From Octopus vulgaris (taxonomy: Eukaryota), in NCBI GenBank assembly GCA_951406725.2, contig OX597838.1, positions 36,456,001-36,520,000 on the forward strand: a DNA stretch of 64,000 nt, given 5' to 3'. The notes beneath the pieces are model-generated. The model saw only the letters and a program-made list of their open reading frames with translations, was not told the origin of the DNA and did no database searches. Positions 24,736-40,157 of this stretch are shown one piece after another; the first letter of the stretch is position 1; every line of letters begins with the position of its first letter. Both the position numbers and the translations under genes were made by a program.

Positions 24736-25310
24736 CTTTTACTTGTTTCAGTCATTTGACTACGGCCATGCTGGAGCACCGCATTTTAGTCCAAACAAGA
24801 TTTATTCTTTGTAAGCCTAGTATTTATTCTATAGGTCCGTTTTAACGACCCGCTAAGTCACGAGGACGTAAACACATCGACATCGGTTGTCAAGCGATGG
24901 TGGGGAGAAACACTGACACGCAAACATATACATACATACATACACACAAACACACACACACACACATACACACATATATACACGACGGGCTTCTTTCAGT
25001 TTCCGTCTACCAGATCCACTTACAAGGTTTTGGTCGGTCCGTGGCTATTGTGGAAGACACTTGCCCAAGATGACACGCAATGGAACTGAACCCGGAACCA
25101 TGTAGTTGGGAAGCAAGCTTCTTACTACACAGCTACACCTAGGTGCAGGAGTGGCTGTGTGGTAAGTAGCTTGCTAACCAACCACATGGTTCTGGGTTCA
25201 GTCCCATCGCGTGGCATCTTGGGCAAGTGTCTTCTGATATAGCCCCGGGCCAACCAATGCCTTGTGAATGGATTTGGTAGACGGAAACTGAAAGAAGCCT
25301 GTCATATATA
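24736..25310. mobile_element. Two SINE A copies head-to-head (minus 24736-25140, plus 25141-25310)
   Basis: CTTACTACACAGCTACACCT|AGGTGCAGGAGTGGCTGTGTGG with no spacer. Confidence 0.8.
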
Positions 25311-25752
25311 TGTATATATATATGTGTGCGTGCGAATGTTTGATATTTTTGTTTAGCCCCAGGTCAGCCCTGGTCAAAGCAGTTTAATGATCAAAGGCTT
25401 TCAAGCCGTGACCAACACACCTTTATTGTTTTTTTAAATATACGTAACGTATCGAAGGTTTATATTATCCAACATGTCTTTCCCATTATTTACGACATTA
25501 AGCTTGTGATTTGAGGGCGATTGACTGCTGTTTCTTGAAATCCTATCGATCAAGCAGAGGTCGCAATTCTTGACTCGCGGATTGTGCGCGCGCGCGTGCG
25601 TGCGTGCCTGAATGTGTATGTGTGCGTGTGTATTTGCATTTGTACGTTGTGTCTGTGTGTTTGTGTTATTTGGTTGTGATACTGTCTGCGTGTGTGCAGA
25701 CAGTATCGTTATGTTCGTGTGTGTTCCTAGATTTGTGATGTGCGCGTGTATG

Positions 25753-25867
<115 letters not shown>

Positions 25868-25941
25868 GTATGTCTGTCTGTCTTTCTAGCCATCCTCTCT
25901 CTCTCTCTCTATCTGTCTGTCTGTCTGTCTGTCTAGCCATC

Positions 25942-25973
<32 letters not shown>

Positions 25974-25998
25974 CTGTCTGTCTGTCTGTCTAGCCATC

Positions 25999-26063
<65 letters not shown>

Positions 26064-26068
26064 GCCAT

Positions 26069-26136
<68 letters not shown>

Positions 26137-26964
26137 GCTAGCTAGTTGCCTGCCTGCCTGCCTGTCCCTCCATCTCTCTGTCTGTCTTTTACTTGTATCA
26201 GTCATTGGACTGCGGCCATGCTTGGTCACTGCAAACAAATCGATCGCAGGACTTGTCTTTTTTTTTTTTTTTTGTATGTCAATGGTACTTATTCCATCGG
26301 CCCTTTTTGCCGAGCTGCTAAGTAAGAGGGACCTAAACAAACCAACACCGGTGATCAATCGGGGACAGGAAGATAAAGATACATACATTGTACACACACA
26401 CACACACACACACTTGTGTGGAACGGCGCTGTGTGTCCCATAAGCCTGTCATCGTTTCAAGTATATAACTTCTTTTAAATGTTGCTTTAATATAAATCAT
26501 CCACCTTGGATCTTTTCCTTTTGATAGACGGAATTCAACACAATTTCTAGTTAACTAAACAATTTGAAACTTCGTATACTGGTAGAATGTGTCAAAAGAA
26601 AACGTTATTTTCACTTGGCTTTTTTGATAAATTTGTAATTTGTAAGTTTAACGTAGTTTAATTTTTCGAATTTTAACCAATCGTATGCTCTCTTTTGAGC
26701 TGAAATCATTTGCTGCGTTATCGATATTGATAAACAAACGAGGAGGCATGTGCTAGAAATAACAGCCATGTATGTATGTTAGTTTGTGTGTGTGTAAAAT
26801 AACACAAGCGCTTTTGACACGGCGCGCATGTTACAAATAGGTTGCGAATAAAGCTCAAATACGTATGTTTGATAAACACTTTTAAGCCTTTCAGTGTAAA
26901 TAGTCTTCAATAATAAATAATGTTCAAAACCCTTTGTATTTAAACCACGGTACTACTTGAGAAC

Positions 26965-27192
26965 GGCGAGCTGGCAGAAACGTGAGCACGCCGGGCGAAA
27001 TGCTTAGCAGTATTTCGTCTGCCGCTACGTTCTGAGTTCAAATTCCGCCGAGGTCGACTTTGCCTTTCATCCTTTCCGGGTCGATAAATTAAGTACCAGT
27101 TACGCACTGGGGTCGATGTAATCGACTTAATCCGTTTGTCTGTCCTTGTTTGTCCTCTCTGTGTTTAGCCCCTTGTGGGTAGTAAAGAAATA
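26965..27192 (+). mobile_element. SINE family B, full length, with a 16-bp TSD
   Basis: TSD GGTACTACTTGAGAAC at 26949-26964 and 27193-27208. Confidence 0.92.
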
Positions 27193-27496
27193 GGTACTAC
27201 TTGAGAACAGTGGTCCCGGTGCGCGCAGTCGCGCATCCGCGTTAGCTAGTCGTGACCTGTCGATCCTACAACGACTACCGAGCAAAGTAAATAAAACACA
27301 AAATAAATAATTTTTTTTACACAAAGGCGCAGGAGTGGCTGTGTGGTAGGTAGCTTGCTTATCAATCACATGGTTCCAGGTTCAGTCTCACTGTGTGGCA
27401 TCTTGGGCAAGTGTCTTCTGCTATAGCCCCGGGTCGACCAATGCCTTGTGAGTGGATTTGGTAGATGGAAACTGAAAGAAGCCTGTCGTATATATG

Positions 27497-27550
<54 letters not shown>

Positions 27551-27887
27551 TCCCCCTAGCATTGCTTGACAACCGATGCTGGTGTGTTTACGTCCCCGTC
27601 ACTTAGCGGTTCGGCAAAAGAGACCGATAGAATAAATACTGGGCTTACAAAAGAATAAGTCCCGGGGTCGATTTGCTCGACTAAAAGGCGGTGCTCCAGC
27701 ATGGCCGCAGTCAAATGACTGAAACAAGTAAAAGATTAAAAGAGAGAGTAAAGCAAATAATTCTTGTTAAACAAAGTAAATAAAACACAAAAACACAAAG
27801 TAAGGATCGACTAGTCATGACTAGCTTAGCGCGGATGCGCGTGTACGCAAGTGCGCGCACCGGTACCACTGTTCTCAAAGTAGTCCC
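27193..27887. mobile_element. MITE with about 75-bp TIRs, carrying a nested SINE A (27326-27748)
   Basis: ACTACTTGAGAACAGTGGTCCCGGTGCGCGCA..GCGCATCCGCGTTAGCTAGTCGTGACCTGTCGATCCT is inverted at 27803-27887. Confidence 0.8.
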
Positions 27888-28177
27888 ATATACCGCGGGT
27901 GGTCTATTAACACGGCGACGGCGTATTGCTATTCAACAATTATGCGTATATAAACAAAACGACAATTTGTGTGTGTGTTTGTGTGTAAATATGGCTGTAC
28001 GTGTGTTCGTATGTGTGCTTCTGGAAAGGTTCCCGGCGATGTGTTTGTTTATATTTAAGATTGCCTGTTGTTTAACCCCGAGCAAATTCCGTTGAACCGG
28101 ATTTCTTTAATAAGAGTTGTGTACATCTTTCCTTCTTATTTATTATTCATAGATGGAGGAAGGATTTGATCTATCTA

Positions 28178-28870
<693 letters not shown>

Positions 28871-30248
28871 CGTGACACGTTTACCCACGCCGTAACAAGA
28901 TTCTTCTCCCAGCCTCATTATCTTCGGTAAATCCTCAATTTAATGTTCAAATATCACGTAATAATTTCAACATGTTTGTGTAGCCTTCGTTCTGTATTGG
29001 GGCGCAGAAGTTTTCATAATATAACACCTGATTTCGCAGAGTTTCCAGCGCGTTGACACGGGCAAGGAAACCTTATCCTGTATCGAACAACAGTAATAGA
29101 GGCACAAGGTGGATTGTGTATATAAATTTCCGCTTTAGTAATTACGTTCAGGATCTTCTATGATTTCTTCAAAAGCTTTTCAAATTTTCAGTCATATATA
29201 TATAAATTCAAGGTGAATACTTGATAAATGTAAGCACCTGTATATGCCAGCTAGGAGCATAGGTGATATATGTATTTCATTTGATACATATTTACTCTTT
29301 TACTCTTTTACATGTTTCAGTCATTTGACTGAGGCCATGCTGGAGCACCGCCTTTAGTCGAGCAAATCGACCCCGGGACTTATTCTAAGTAACGGGGACG
29401 TAAACACACCACCATCGGTTGTCAAGCAATCCACTTCATTCCACGTTACTTCCGTCCATTCAGCTAGCAAAAACGAGTAATCCCGCGACGGACAGGTGTC
29501 CCATCCAGGGGGAATATATGCGCCACCGACACCGGGAAACTGGACCTATGAATCCATAAGATTCGGGGAGGAGCTCCTCCTAATTTCAAGCAACAACATA
29601 CACAATAACATTATTTAAAAATAAAGCTTTCCTACATTATTATGGCAACCCCAAGTAAATCCTAAGGTAGCTTTCCACTTACGACCATTCAATATTTGAC
29701 AACTGGTACTTATTTAATCGACCCCGAAAGGATGACAGGTAAAGTCGACCTCGGCGGAATTTGTCGGATGTGGGGGATAGTCGATCACATCGACCCCAGT
29801 ACTTGGCAGGTACTTAATTTATTGACCTAAAAAGGATGAAAGGCAAAGTCGACTACAGCAGAATTTGAACTCGGAACGTAGCGGCAGGCGAAGTATATCG
29901 CTAAGCATTTTTGTTCCGGCGTGCAATCGATTCTGCCAGCTCGCCGCCTTAATAATAACAATTTTTTTTTTTGGCCAGACGGGCTAAAGCAAATCAAAAT
30001 GTTAAAGCACAACACAAGACGATATCCAAAGGGTTTTGCGGAAAAAAAACCCAAAACAATCGTGTGTACATTTGACAATGAAAATAACAATATAACAAGT
30101 AAAAGCTCCCAATAGGGGTAGGCGCTTTGAAGATTACTAGTAGAAAAAAAAAAAACCCCATAAAAGCCTCGGGTGCCTGGTCAACAGGACAAGAGTCCTT
30201 TCTCCTTTTATACCTTTTTTTTTTTACAGGTGTAATCTCAGAATTGTG

Positions 30249-30382
30249 GAGGCGCGTGGCTTAGTGGTTAGGGTGTTGAACTCATGATCGTAAGGTTGTG
30301 GTTTCGATTCCTGGACCGGGCGATGCAAAACACTTCATTTTCACGTTGCTCCAGTCCTCTCAGCTGGCAAAAATGAGTAATC

Positions 30383-30383
<1 letters not shown>
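30249..30383 (+). mobile_element. SINE family C head and CORE-like region
   Basis: GGAGGCGCGTGGCTTAGTGGTTAGGGTGTTG..GTTTCGATTCC (A/B boxes)..CTCAGCTGGCAAAAATGAGTAA; related copies at 46135, 50040, 54883, 58190, 59730 and 62945. Confidence 0.75.
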
Positions 30384-30413
<30 letters not shown>

Positions 30414-30556
30414 TCAAAGCCACAGCCGTCACTCTCGAGCGAGTACAGTTTACTAACATGTCCCATACTTTCGCTGATGATTTAAGGTGCCTACGTCATC
30501 ACGAGCAACTCACAACATTGCCCGGCTTCTACTCCTTCCCACTATTTTTTTCACCC

Positions 30557-30978
30557 GGATCTTTTCGGTTTGACCGGCAGTTTTTAAAAATAATTTCTAA
30601 GTAACTAAAAAATTTTAAACTTCGTGTACTGGTAGAATGTGTTTATAAAACATCTTTTACTCTTGGCTTTATTGAGAAAATTCTATAGTTTGTAAGATAT
30701 TTGTTGTTTTTTCTTCTTCAATTTCTGCAATTTCAACCAATCAGTGACGTCTATTGAGGTAAAAAAAACATTCTGTGCCGTATGAATATGTCCCTCGTTT
30801 AAGAAACAGATTGGGTTTATTTACATTTGTGAAGAAATAAACGATACCCCTCCCCTCACCCCTAACTAACCCTAAAACAGATTGAAATGCAATAGATCGA
30901 TACTAGGGTCATAATTATGGGTGACAATTTCATATGACACCGCTAGAAAAAAAACTGCCGTTCAAACCGAATAGGTCC
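30557..30978. mobile_element. MITE with about 29-bp TIRs
   Basis: GGATCTTTTCGGTTTGACCGGCAGTTTTT / AAAAACTGCCGTTCAAACCGAATAGGTCC; a decayed partial copy lies at about 26505-26730. Confidence 0.85.
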
Positions 30979-32291
30979 TTTTATCTCGTACAAACGTCGA
31001 GAATGTGTCAAACATGTTACCATTTGACGAAAAAACAAAATTTGGCTCTGAGCAGCAAGCGGTTCGATCAGGCCGTGTATGTGTGTGTGTGCGCGCATAT
31101 GTGTTTGTGTGTGTATTTGTGTGTGTTCCCTGCTGTACTCTTTCACCACAACTTTCTCTCACTCTTACTTCCTGTTTCTGTTGTACCTGTATTTTAAAAG
31201 GGCCGGCCTTGTCACTCTCTGTGTCACGCTGAATATCCCCGAGAACTACGTTAAGGGTGCACGTGTCTGTGGAGTGCTCAGCCACTTGCACGTTAATTTC
31301 ACGAGCAGGCTGTTCCGTTGATTCGGATCAACCGGAACCCTCATCGTCGTAACCGACGGAGTGCTTCCAGTCCATTTGTGTGTGTGTGTTGTCACCCGAA
31401 CGTCTCCCCCTCCTCGGCTGGGCTTGGTTAATCATTTCGGGTGATTAGACCGAGATCAACGTGAAAAGGAAGTAACTTTGCGCAAGGATAGATATCACTA
31501 CATGCCGTCCTGTTCTAGAATTGAACCCGTGATTTTATGATCGTAAAGTCAACAGTCCCTCCGTGGACACACACGCACACGCACACACAGGCACACACAC
31601 ATACATGTAACCACATTCATACACACAACCATACAAAACGCACGTAGCCACACTTTTACACACTCACACACCACGCACAACCACATTCATACTACAAAAC
31701 ACACACACACATGCAAAACACACATACACACACGCAAAACACACACACACACACGCGCGCACAAAACACACACACACACACACACGCAAAACACACACAC
31801 ACATGCACAAAACACATACACACACACACGAACAAAACACACACGCAAAACACACACACACACATGCACAAAACACACACACAGGCACAAAACACACACA
31901 CACACACACACACAAAACACACACACACACACACGCGCACAAAACACACACACACACACGCAAAACACACACGCACACACGCAAAACACACACGCACACA
32001 CTCTCTCTCTCTCTCTCTCTCTCTGAGAATTATGTTGAATTCCTTCCATTCCCAGATCCTCCTTCATGCTTATCACTGTGACAAAACCATATTTAATAAA
32101 GTCTCTCAAATGTCGTCTGCTCTTTCAATCCCCCCCTCACCCCCTCCTCCTCTCCGTCCTTCATCCCGCTACTTTTTTTTATATATAACTTTCTATCTGT
32201 CTTCCTTTCTCGCTCTCTCTTCCTCTCTCTCTCTGTCACTGTCCCTCTCTTCTTCAATTTTCCTCACTGCCAATCTCCCTCTTCCCCCCCA

Positions 32292-32393
<102 letters not shown>

Positions 32394-32473
32394 GTCTCCC
32401 CCTCTGTTTCTCTGTCACTGTCCCTCTCATCTTCGCTTTTCCTCACTGCCAATCTCCCTCTTACCCCTCACTA

Positions 32474-32516
<43 letters not shown>

Positions 32517-32601
32517 GTGTTTCTGTCTCCCCCTCTGTCTCTCTGTGACTGTCCCTCTCATCTTCACTTTTCCTCACTGCCAGTCTCCCTCTTCCCCCTC
32601 A

Positions 32602-32667
<66 letters not shown>

Positions 32668-33660
32668 GTCTGTCTCTGTCTTCCTCGCCATGCCCCTCTC
32701 TCTTTCTCTTGTCTTCCTCTCGAACCTTCTCCTTCAGTTTCTCTCTTTCTTTCTCTTTGTCTCCCGTTGTCACTCGCCGTCACTTCTTGTCTCATGCTCT
32801 CTCTCTCTCTTCGTTTTTCTCACCTTGCCTCTCTGTCTCTCTAATCCCATTTTTCTCTCACCGTTTCTCTCTTTCTCTCTCTTTCTCTCTCCGTCTTTCA
32901 GTCAGTCTCTATCTGCTTATTTTCCTCTCCCTTTCTGTCTCTCTATCTATTTCTTTACCCCCTCTCTCTCTCCCAACGTCTCACACACACACACACACAC
33001 TCTCTCTCTCTTTCTCCACGTCACACTTATACACACAATCTCTCTCCCTCTGATTCTCTTCCTCTCTTTCTCGGTCTTTACCTTTCGCTCTCTGTCCATT
33101 CTCCGCATCTCTCTCTCTCTCCCTCTCACACACATCTATCTACCTATCTATCTTTCTCTTTTTCTCTCTCTGTCTCCGGTTACTCGCTTTCTCTCTCTCT
33201 ATACGTATCTCTTTCCCGTTCTCTAAATAATCTCGTTTCTTCGCTTCCCGCCTCTTTCATTCTCTTATTCTTTCATCTTTTCTTTAAATTATTAATTTAC
33301 TATCTCCGTCTTTCTCTCTTTTCCCCACACTCCTCTTATCATCCTATTCACCTTCCTTTTCTCCTTTTTTCTTCAGCTTTCGTACACACACACTTTTTTT
33401 CCTCTCTGCTCTCTACTTTCACTTTACCTTATTATTTACTTATTCTCTCTCTCTTTCAGTATCCATCCATCCATCCATCCATCTATCTATCTATCTTTTT
33501 TATTTTTTTTATTTTATCCCCCCCCTTTTTTGTCCTCTTTCTTTCCTTCTACGATCCCTTTTGATCGAAAGCCAAACCCCTTTTTTTACCCCCAAAAGAA
33601 AAGCTCTACCTTGTAATTTGTCCTGTCTGTATGCAGCCCTGTGTGGCTAATAAAGAAACA

Positions 33661-33742
<82 letters not shown>

Positions 33743-33747
33743 CCTAC

Positions 33748-33831
<84 letters not shown>

Positions 33832-33844
33832 ATTTCTATCTCTC

Positions 33845-33907
<63 letters not shown>

Positions 33908-34136
33908 CTATCCATCCGACAGTCTATCCGTCTCTCTGCTTTTCCTTTTGTTTTCGCTTATTTTCATTCTTTCTTTCCTTCTTTCTTTTTGTCTTTTCGT
34001 TGCTTTTTCATTCTTTCCTTCTTTCTTTCTTCGTTTTTTCTTTCTTTCTTTTTCTCTTTGTCTCTATTTCTTTCTGTCTTTCTTGCTTTCTTCCAAAACA
34101 TGGTTTATATAGTAACGTTCGTAAACTTCATACAAG

Positions 34137-34211
<75 letters not shown>

Positions 34212-34514
34212 TCGTACACATACACTCGCTCTGTGTGTCTGTTTGTCTTTCCGTCTGTCCCCCTGTCATCAGAAATCTGGAACTGTAACTCCTGTTGCTA
34301 AGATCACACTTCCCCAGTCACAAATGTCATCTCCGTCACCCCACCTTTATCTTTCTCCACCACCACCACCACCACCACCACATGGCCAGGACGCTCTGTG
34401 GCTGTCGAGTGGTCTGCTAGAAAGAACAGCCATAGTCCTCCTCCAACTCACTCTCTCCTGTTACCATTGAACGAAACCGCTTTTCTGGGTTTTTTTTTAA
34501 GTGTATCTGTGTGT

Positions 34515-34688
34515 ATTTGTGTGTAGGAAAGCACTGGACGGTGAGGGTCACAGTTGGAAAGCCTATAATTTAATTTGTGTGTAGGAAAGCACTGGACGGT
34601 GAGGGTCACATTTGGAAAGCCTATAATTTAATTTGTGCGTAGGAAAGCACTGGACGGTGAGGGTCACAGTTGGAAAGCCTGTAATTTA
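34515..34688. repeat. Three tandem 58-bp units
   Basis: TAGGAAAGCACTGGACGGTGAGGGTCACA at 34524, 34582 and 34640. Confidence 0.92.
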
Positions 34689-34884
34689 CATTGTGCTTGA
34701 TTGAAAGTTGTAATGGGTCTCTAAACAACAACAAATTTGACCTTTTTAAATGATGACAACGATGATGATCCTGATGATGATGATGATGATGACGATAAGG
34801 ACAGCGGCGACGGTGGCGGAGGTAATGCTGATGACGTTGACGATGATGATGATGATGGTGATTGTATTAGTAGTAGTAGTGTTG

Positions 34885-34916
<32 letters not shown>

Positions 34917-34985
34917 GGTGACACTAATGACGATGACAACGATGGTGATTGCGGTGATGGTGATGATGATGATTGTGATGTCGAC

Positions 34986-35028
<43 letters not shown>

Positions 35029-35397
35029 GTGATAGCGGTGGTGGCTGTGACGTAGTTGTTTTTGGTTGTTGTGGTTGTTGTTGTTGAGCGAAGCACACCT
35101 GACAGCCTGAAAGTGGTCGGCTGGTCTGAATGTTAATCTGGCGGGCTGGCTCTTTGATTAGGGGCCGCACACACACACACACACATTGTCTCTCTCCCTC
35201 CCCTCCCCTTCTCTCTCTCAAATTCTACGGCAAGTTTCTCGTTTCTCGCTCCGAACATGAGAAACAGCCTTCGTCGTCAACGCATCACAACACACACACA
35301 CACACTCATACACGTGTATTCATATAATATGTGTGTGTGACGGATGCATACAAATATCCAAATATCAACAGGGCGATTTATATAAAACATGCGCACA

Positions 35398-35438
<41 letters not shown>

Positions 35439-35587
35439 GTTCATTCATATATATATATATATGCATATATATATATACATATATATACACACATATATGC
35501 ATATGTATTTACATACACATATATACATAAACATATATGCATACTTATATATACAGACGTATATATATATATATATATATATACACG

Positions 35588-35627
<40 letters not shown>

Positions 35628-35722
35628 TAAAGATATAAATATAAACATACAGAAACATATGCATATATAGACGTATGTATACACATATAAATACACATAC
35701 ACACACACATATATATATATAT

Positions 35723-35755
<33 letters not shown>

Positions 35756-35903
35756 TATATATACATTCACACGCACAGATATATTCATACATACACAGAT
35801 ATATACACGCTCGTATCCGCATTCAATACTATCTGAAACTTGTTCAGTTATACACACACACACATACATACATACATACATACATACATACATACATACA
35901 CAC

Positions 35904-35934
<31 letters not shown>

Positions 35935-36245
35935 TACATACATACATACATATATATCTATGCAAAAATCCACATCAGCAACAGATGTGTCGATGGTGGA
36001 TTTTTACCTGGAATTTATTAAGTCAAGTGTGACGTCTCAGGTGTATACGAACTAATCATGCACACACACACACACACACACACAGTTATATAAATAATGT
36101 GTGTGTGCATCGTGTACGTTTTTGTGTGTGTGTGTCCGTGTGATTTGCGTGTGTGTGTGAGTGATTAGTCTTAGTGTGCGCGTGTGTTGTTTTGTGTGTG
36201 TGTGTGTGTGTGTAATTCTTTGTTTAGAAAATCGGTCTGCTTCCA

Positions 36246-36356
36246 CATACCTGAAGGTTTCCGTGCCATTGACGTCAGTCAACCGTATTGGTCGCTCGCA
36301 GAGTCTTGATTCCGATCGGTTGATTAACATTGAACCGCACGAAACCTTCAGCTATG
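36246..36356 (+). ncRNA. Candidate pre-miRNA hairpin with a miR-1985/miR-1984-like 5p arm
   Basis: CTGAAGGTTT/AAACCTTCAG, CGTGC/GCACG and AGTCAACCG/CGGTTGATT pair. The arm TGCCATTGACGTCAGTCAACCGT (36264-36286) starts 13 nt into the stem. Confidence 0.45.
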
Positions 36357-36406
36357 AGGAATTTCTGACCGAAACACACACACACGCACACACGCACACA
36401 CGCACG

Positions 36407-36485
<79 letters not shown>

Positions 36486-36708
36486 GCACGCACAAGCACA
36501 CACACGTTTCTAACATCGATGCGTGTGAGTGTATCGAGCACTTTGCGTTTCCACGTAAATACAAATGCATAAAAGAACCACACACACACGACTCTTGAGC
36601 CATGGAAGTTTTCAGCAGAATAAAAGTGTGTCTATGTGTGTGGTGTGTGTGTGAATGTTTGTATATACTCTTTTACTTGTTTCAGCCTGTATATCTGTAC
36701 AGATATAC

Positions 36709-36761
<53 letters not shown>

Positions 36762-36778
36762 ATATATATATATGTATG

Positions 36779-36825
<47 letters not shown>

Positions 36826-37040
36826 GTATGTATGTATGTATGTATATATGTATGTATGTATGTATATATATATGTATGTATGTATATATATATGTATGTA
36901 TGTATATATATATGTATGTATGTATGTATATATATATGTATGTATGTATATATATATGTATGTATGTATATATATACATACATAGACACACTCACATATC
37001 CACGTTTGGACAAATTAACATTCTGGCAACAAATGATATA

Positions 37041-37084
<44 letters not shown>

Positions 37085-37123
37085 CTCTCTATCTATCTAT
37101 CTATCTATCTATGTATATATATC

Positions 37124-37169
<46 letters not shown>

Positions 37170-37270
37170 TTATATATATATATATATATATGTATATGTA
37201 TATATATATATATGATATCACATATCCACGTTTGGACAAATTAACATTCTGGCAACAAATGATATATAAC

Positions 37271-37302
<32 letters not shown>

Positions 37303-37334
37303 TATATGTATATGATAGAACGCCGGCCACTACA

Positions 37335-37487
37335 TATTCTTTATTTTCTCTCCTTGTTTCTTTCTGTGGAAGAGCATAGGCTCGAAACGTTAAAGGACTT
37401 TTTCACTTCCCGAGCATTAAACTAATATATCTGTTTGTTGTCTACACCACCTGTCTTCACCTTTTGTTTCTTTTTGTGAATTCTCTC

Positions 37488-37490
<3 letters not shown>
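37335..37490 (+). mobile_element. Penelope-like fragment with a variant hammerhead (37360-37395)
   Basis: CTTT-CTGTGGA-AGAGC-atag-GCTC-GAAA-CG-TT-AAAG. Confidence 0.6.
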
Positions 37491-37552
<62 letters not shown>

Positions 37553-37772
37553 ACATACATACACACACACATATATATATATATACATATAGTATACATA
37601 CGTACGCACACATGTGTGTGCATGTATATAGATACACGTATAAAATGTGCATGTCTGTGTTTATATCTATCAGACTGCGTGGAGAGGCAGATAGGAAGAG
37701 AGAAATAAAGGAGAGTAAGAAGCAGGAAATAATGAGTGACAGAAAGAGAGAAAACCTCGTGTGTGTGGAGAT

Positions 37773-37808
<36 letters not shown>

Positions 37809-38006
37809 GTATGTATGTGTGTGTCGTGTGTCTGTGAGTGTGTGTATTAAGAAACAGAGAGGGAGGGAGCTAAAGATATACTGAGAGAGGAAAATGTGAG
37901 AGGTAAGTAATGAGAAAAGAGGGAGGAAGGGAGGGAGGGAGAGAGTGAGAAAGATATGTGGAATACAAGAGAGAAAAGTGGACGAGAGGTAGAGATTTGT
38001 ATGCGG

Positions 38007-38050
<44 letters not shown>

Positions 38051-38491
38051 CAGGGATAAAGGGAGTGATATCGCAGGTGTATGAGAAAGAGAGTTTGTGT
38101 GTGTGAGAGAGAGAGGGGGAGTGTGTGAATGTGTCTGTGTGAAAGAGTTATAGTATGAGACAAAAGAGAGCGACAGGTAATGCTGTACGGCTGTGAGAGA
38201 AATAGAGAGTGAGTGTGTATGAGAAAGAGGGAGGGAGAGTGTGTGAGGGAGATGGCGAAAGGAAAAAGAGAAAAGAGAATACACGAAAGAGAGAGAGAAA
38301 GAGGGAGAGAGAGAGTGTGTGTGTGTGTGATAGAGCGGTAAGATACAAAATAAAGAAGAAAATGAGAGACCGTGAAAACGTGAGAAAAATGATAGGTAGA
38401 TAGACAGATAGATAGATGGAAAGAGAGAGATAGACAGATAGATAGATGGATAGATAGATAGATGGAAAGAGATAGATATAGACAGACAGAC

Positions 38492-38540
<49 letters not shown>

Positions 38541-39892
38541 TGGAGAGGGAGAAAAGAAAAAATGTATGATTAAGGATGACGGGAAGGGGTGGGGTTCGAA
38601 TGAGCCAAAATACCGACAATCAGACATCCAGTAAGACAGACAGACAGACAGACAGACAGACACACAGGTAAGCCAAGCAAAGCGAAACAGCAGCCAGCCA
38701 GTCAAACAGTCAAACAGTCAAACCGACATACAGTCAATACGTCAAACATTCAATCAGACAGGCAGCCAGGCACTCAGTCAGTCAGTCAAGGCAGGCAGTC
38801 AGCCAAACAGGCCGTTTGTGTGATACGCACGCGCACACGCGCACGTTCGATTAGCAACATGTAAATAGGAGACCAAACAGCTGAAAATGTAACATATACA
38901 CAACGTCCTTCTTCCTGTAATGGAACGTGGTGGCCATCATCACTGTCTCTTCCTACTCTGGTGTATTTTATTTGACTGAAAAGTACGCACATACGTATAT
39001 ACATACACTCTCATTCAAATATATATGTATATATATATGTATATATATATATATATATATATACAAACACACATACGTATATACATATGCTCTCATACTC
39101 ATACAAATATTTATATAGATATATATATATATTTTTTGGAGGGGAATGGTGAAACAAAGCAGATAGTTATAAAGGTATAAGATATATTTATATGTGATGA
39201 TAGCTTGTAAATAATATTGGATTAAAAAAAAGAAAGAGAGAACAGAAAAAAGTCGGAAGCTGCTGCTCGTGGGACGAGAACCCGAATCGTCTGCATCACA
39301 ATAACAGACGTTCTAATGACGTTAACACACACACACACACACACACACATAGGGGTGTGATGCCTCAAAACTAATTCAAACCCAGAAAGAAAAGAAGAAG
39401 AAAAAAGAAAAAGAAGAAAAACTCAAGAGAAATTCTGTTTTTTTATACAATATAATTTTTTTTTTTGTAATTTAATATTTAAATATTCCATCGTCCCCCG
39501 CCTTCCTTCCTTCCTTCCTTCCTTCCAACGTAATCAGCTGTCCTTTTGTTGTTGTTCTTCAATTATTTTCATTCTTTCAGGTATTCCGTTTGTATATTTA
39601 CTTACCATTTTTACGCACACGCACGCCGTACACGCAAAACGCGGACTCGAATTCTATCATAGCCACACACACACACACACACGCGCGCAACTTCTGTACT
39701 ATACACACACGTTCTATTGCTATCTATCTATCTATCTATCTAGCTCTCTATCTAGCTGTCTGTCTGTCTATCTCTCTCTCTCTATCTATCTAGCTGTCTG
39801 TCTGTCTATCTCTCTCTCTCCCTCTATCTAGCTGTCTGTCTATCTATCTATCTACCTCTATCTCTCTAGCTAGCTGTCTGTCTATCTCTCTA

Positions 39893-39949
<57 letters not shown>

Positions 39950-40006
39950 GTCTGTCTATCTATCTGTTTGTCTGTCTATCTATCTATCTATCTATCTGTT
40001 TGTCTG

Positions 40007-40041
<35 letters not shown>

Positions 40042-40122
40042 GTTTGTCTGTCTATCTATCTATCTATCTATCTGTTTGTCTGTCTATCTATCTATCTGTT
40101 TGTCTGTCTATCTATCTATCTG

Positions 40123-40157
<35 letters not shown>

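Noticed and set aside
30249-30325. tRNA gene calls for SINE heads
   Set aside because: A/B boxes are present but there is no closed acceptor stem, and each continues into a SINE body
34737-35096. Poly-Asp/Ser/Met ORFs
   Set aside because: (GAT)n/(GGT)n/(GTT)n repeats
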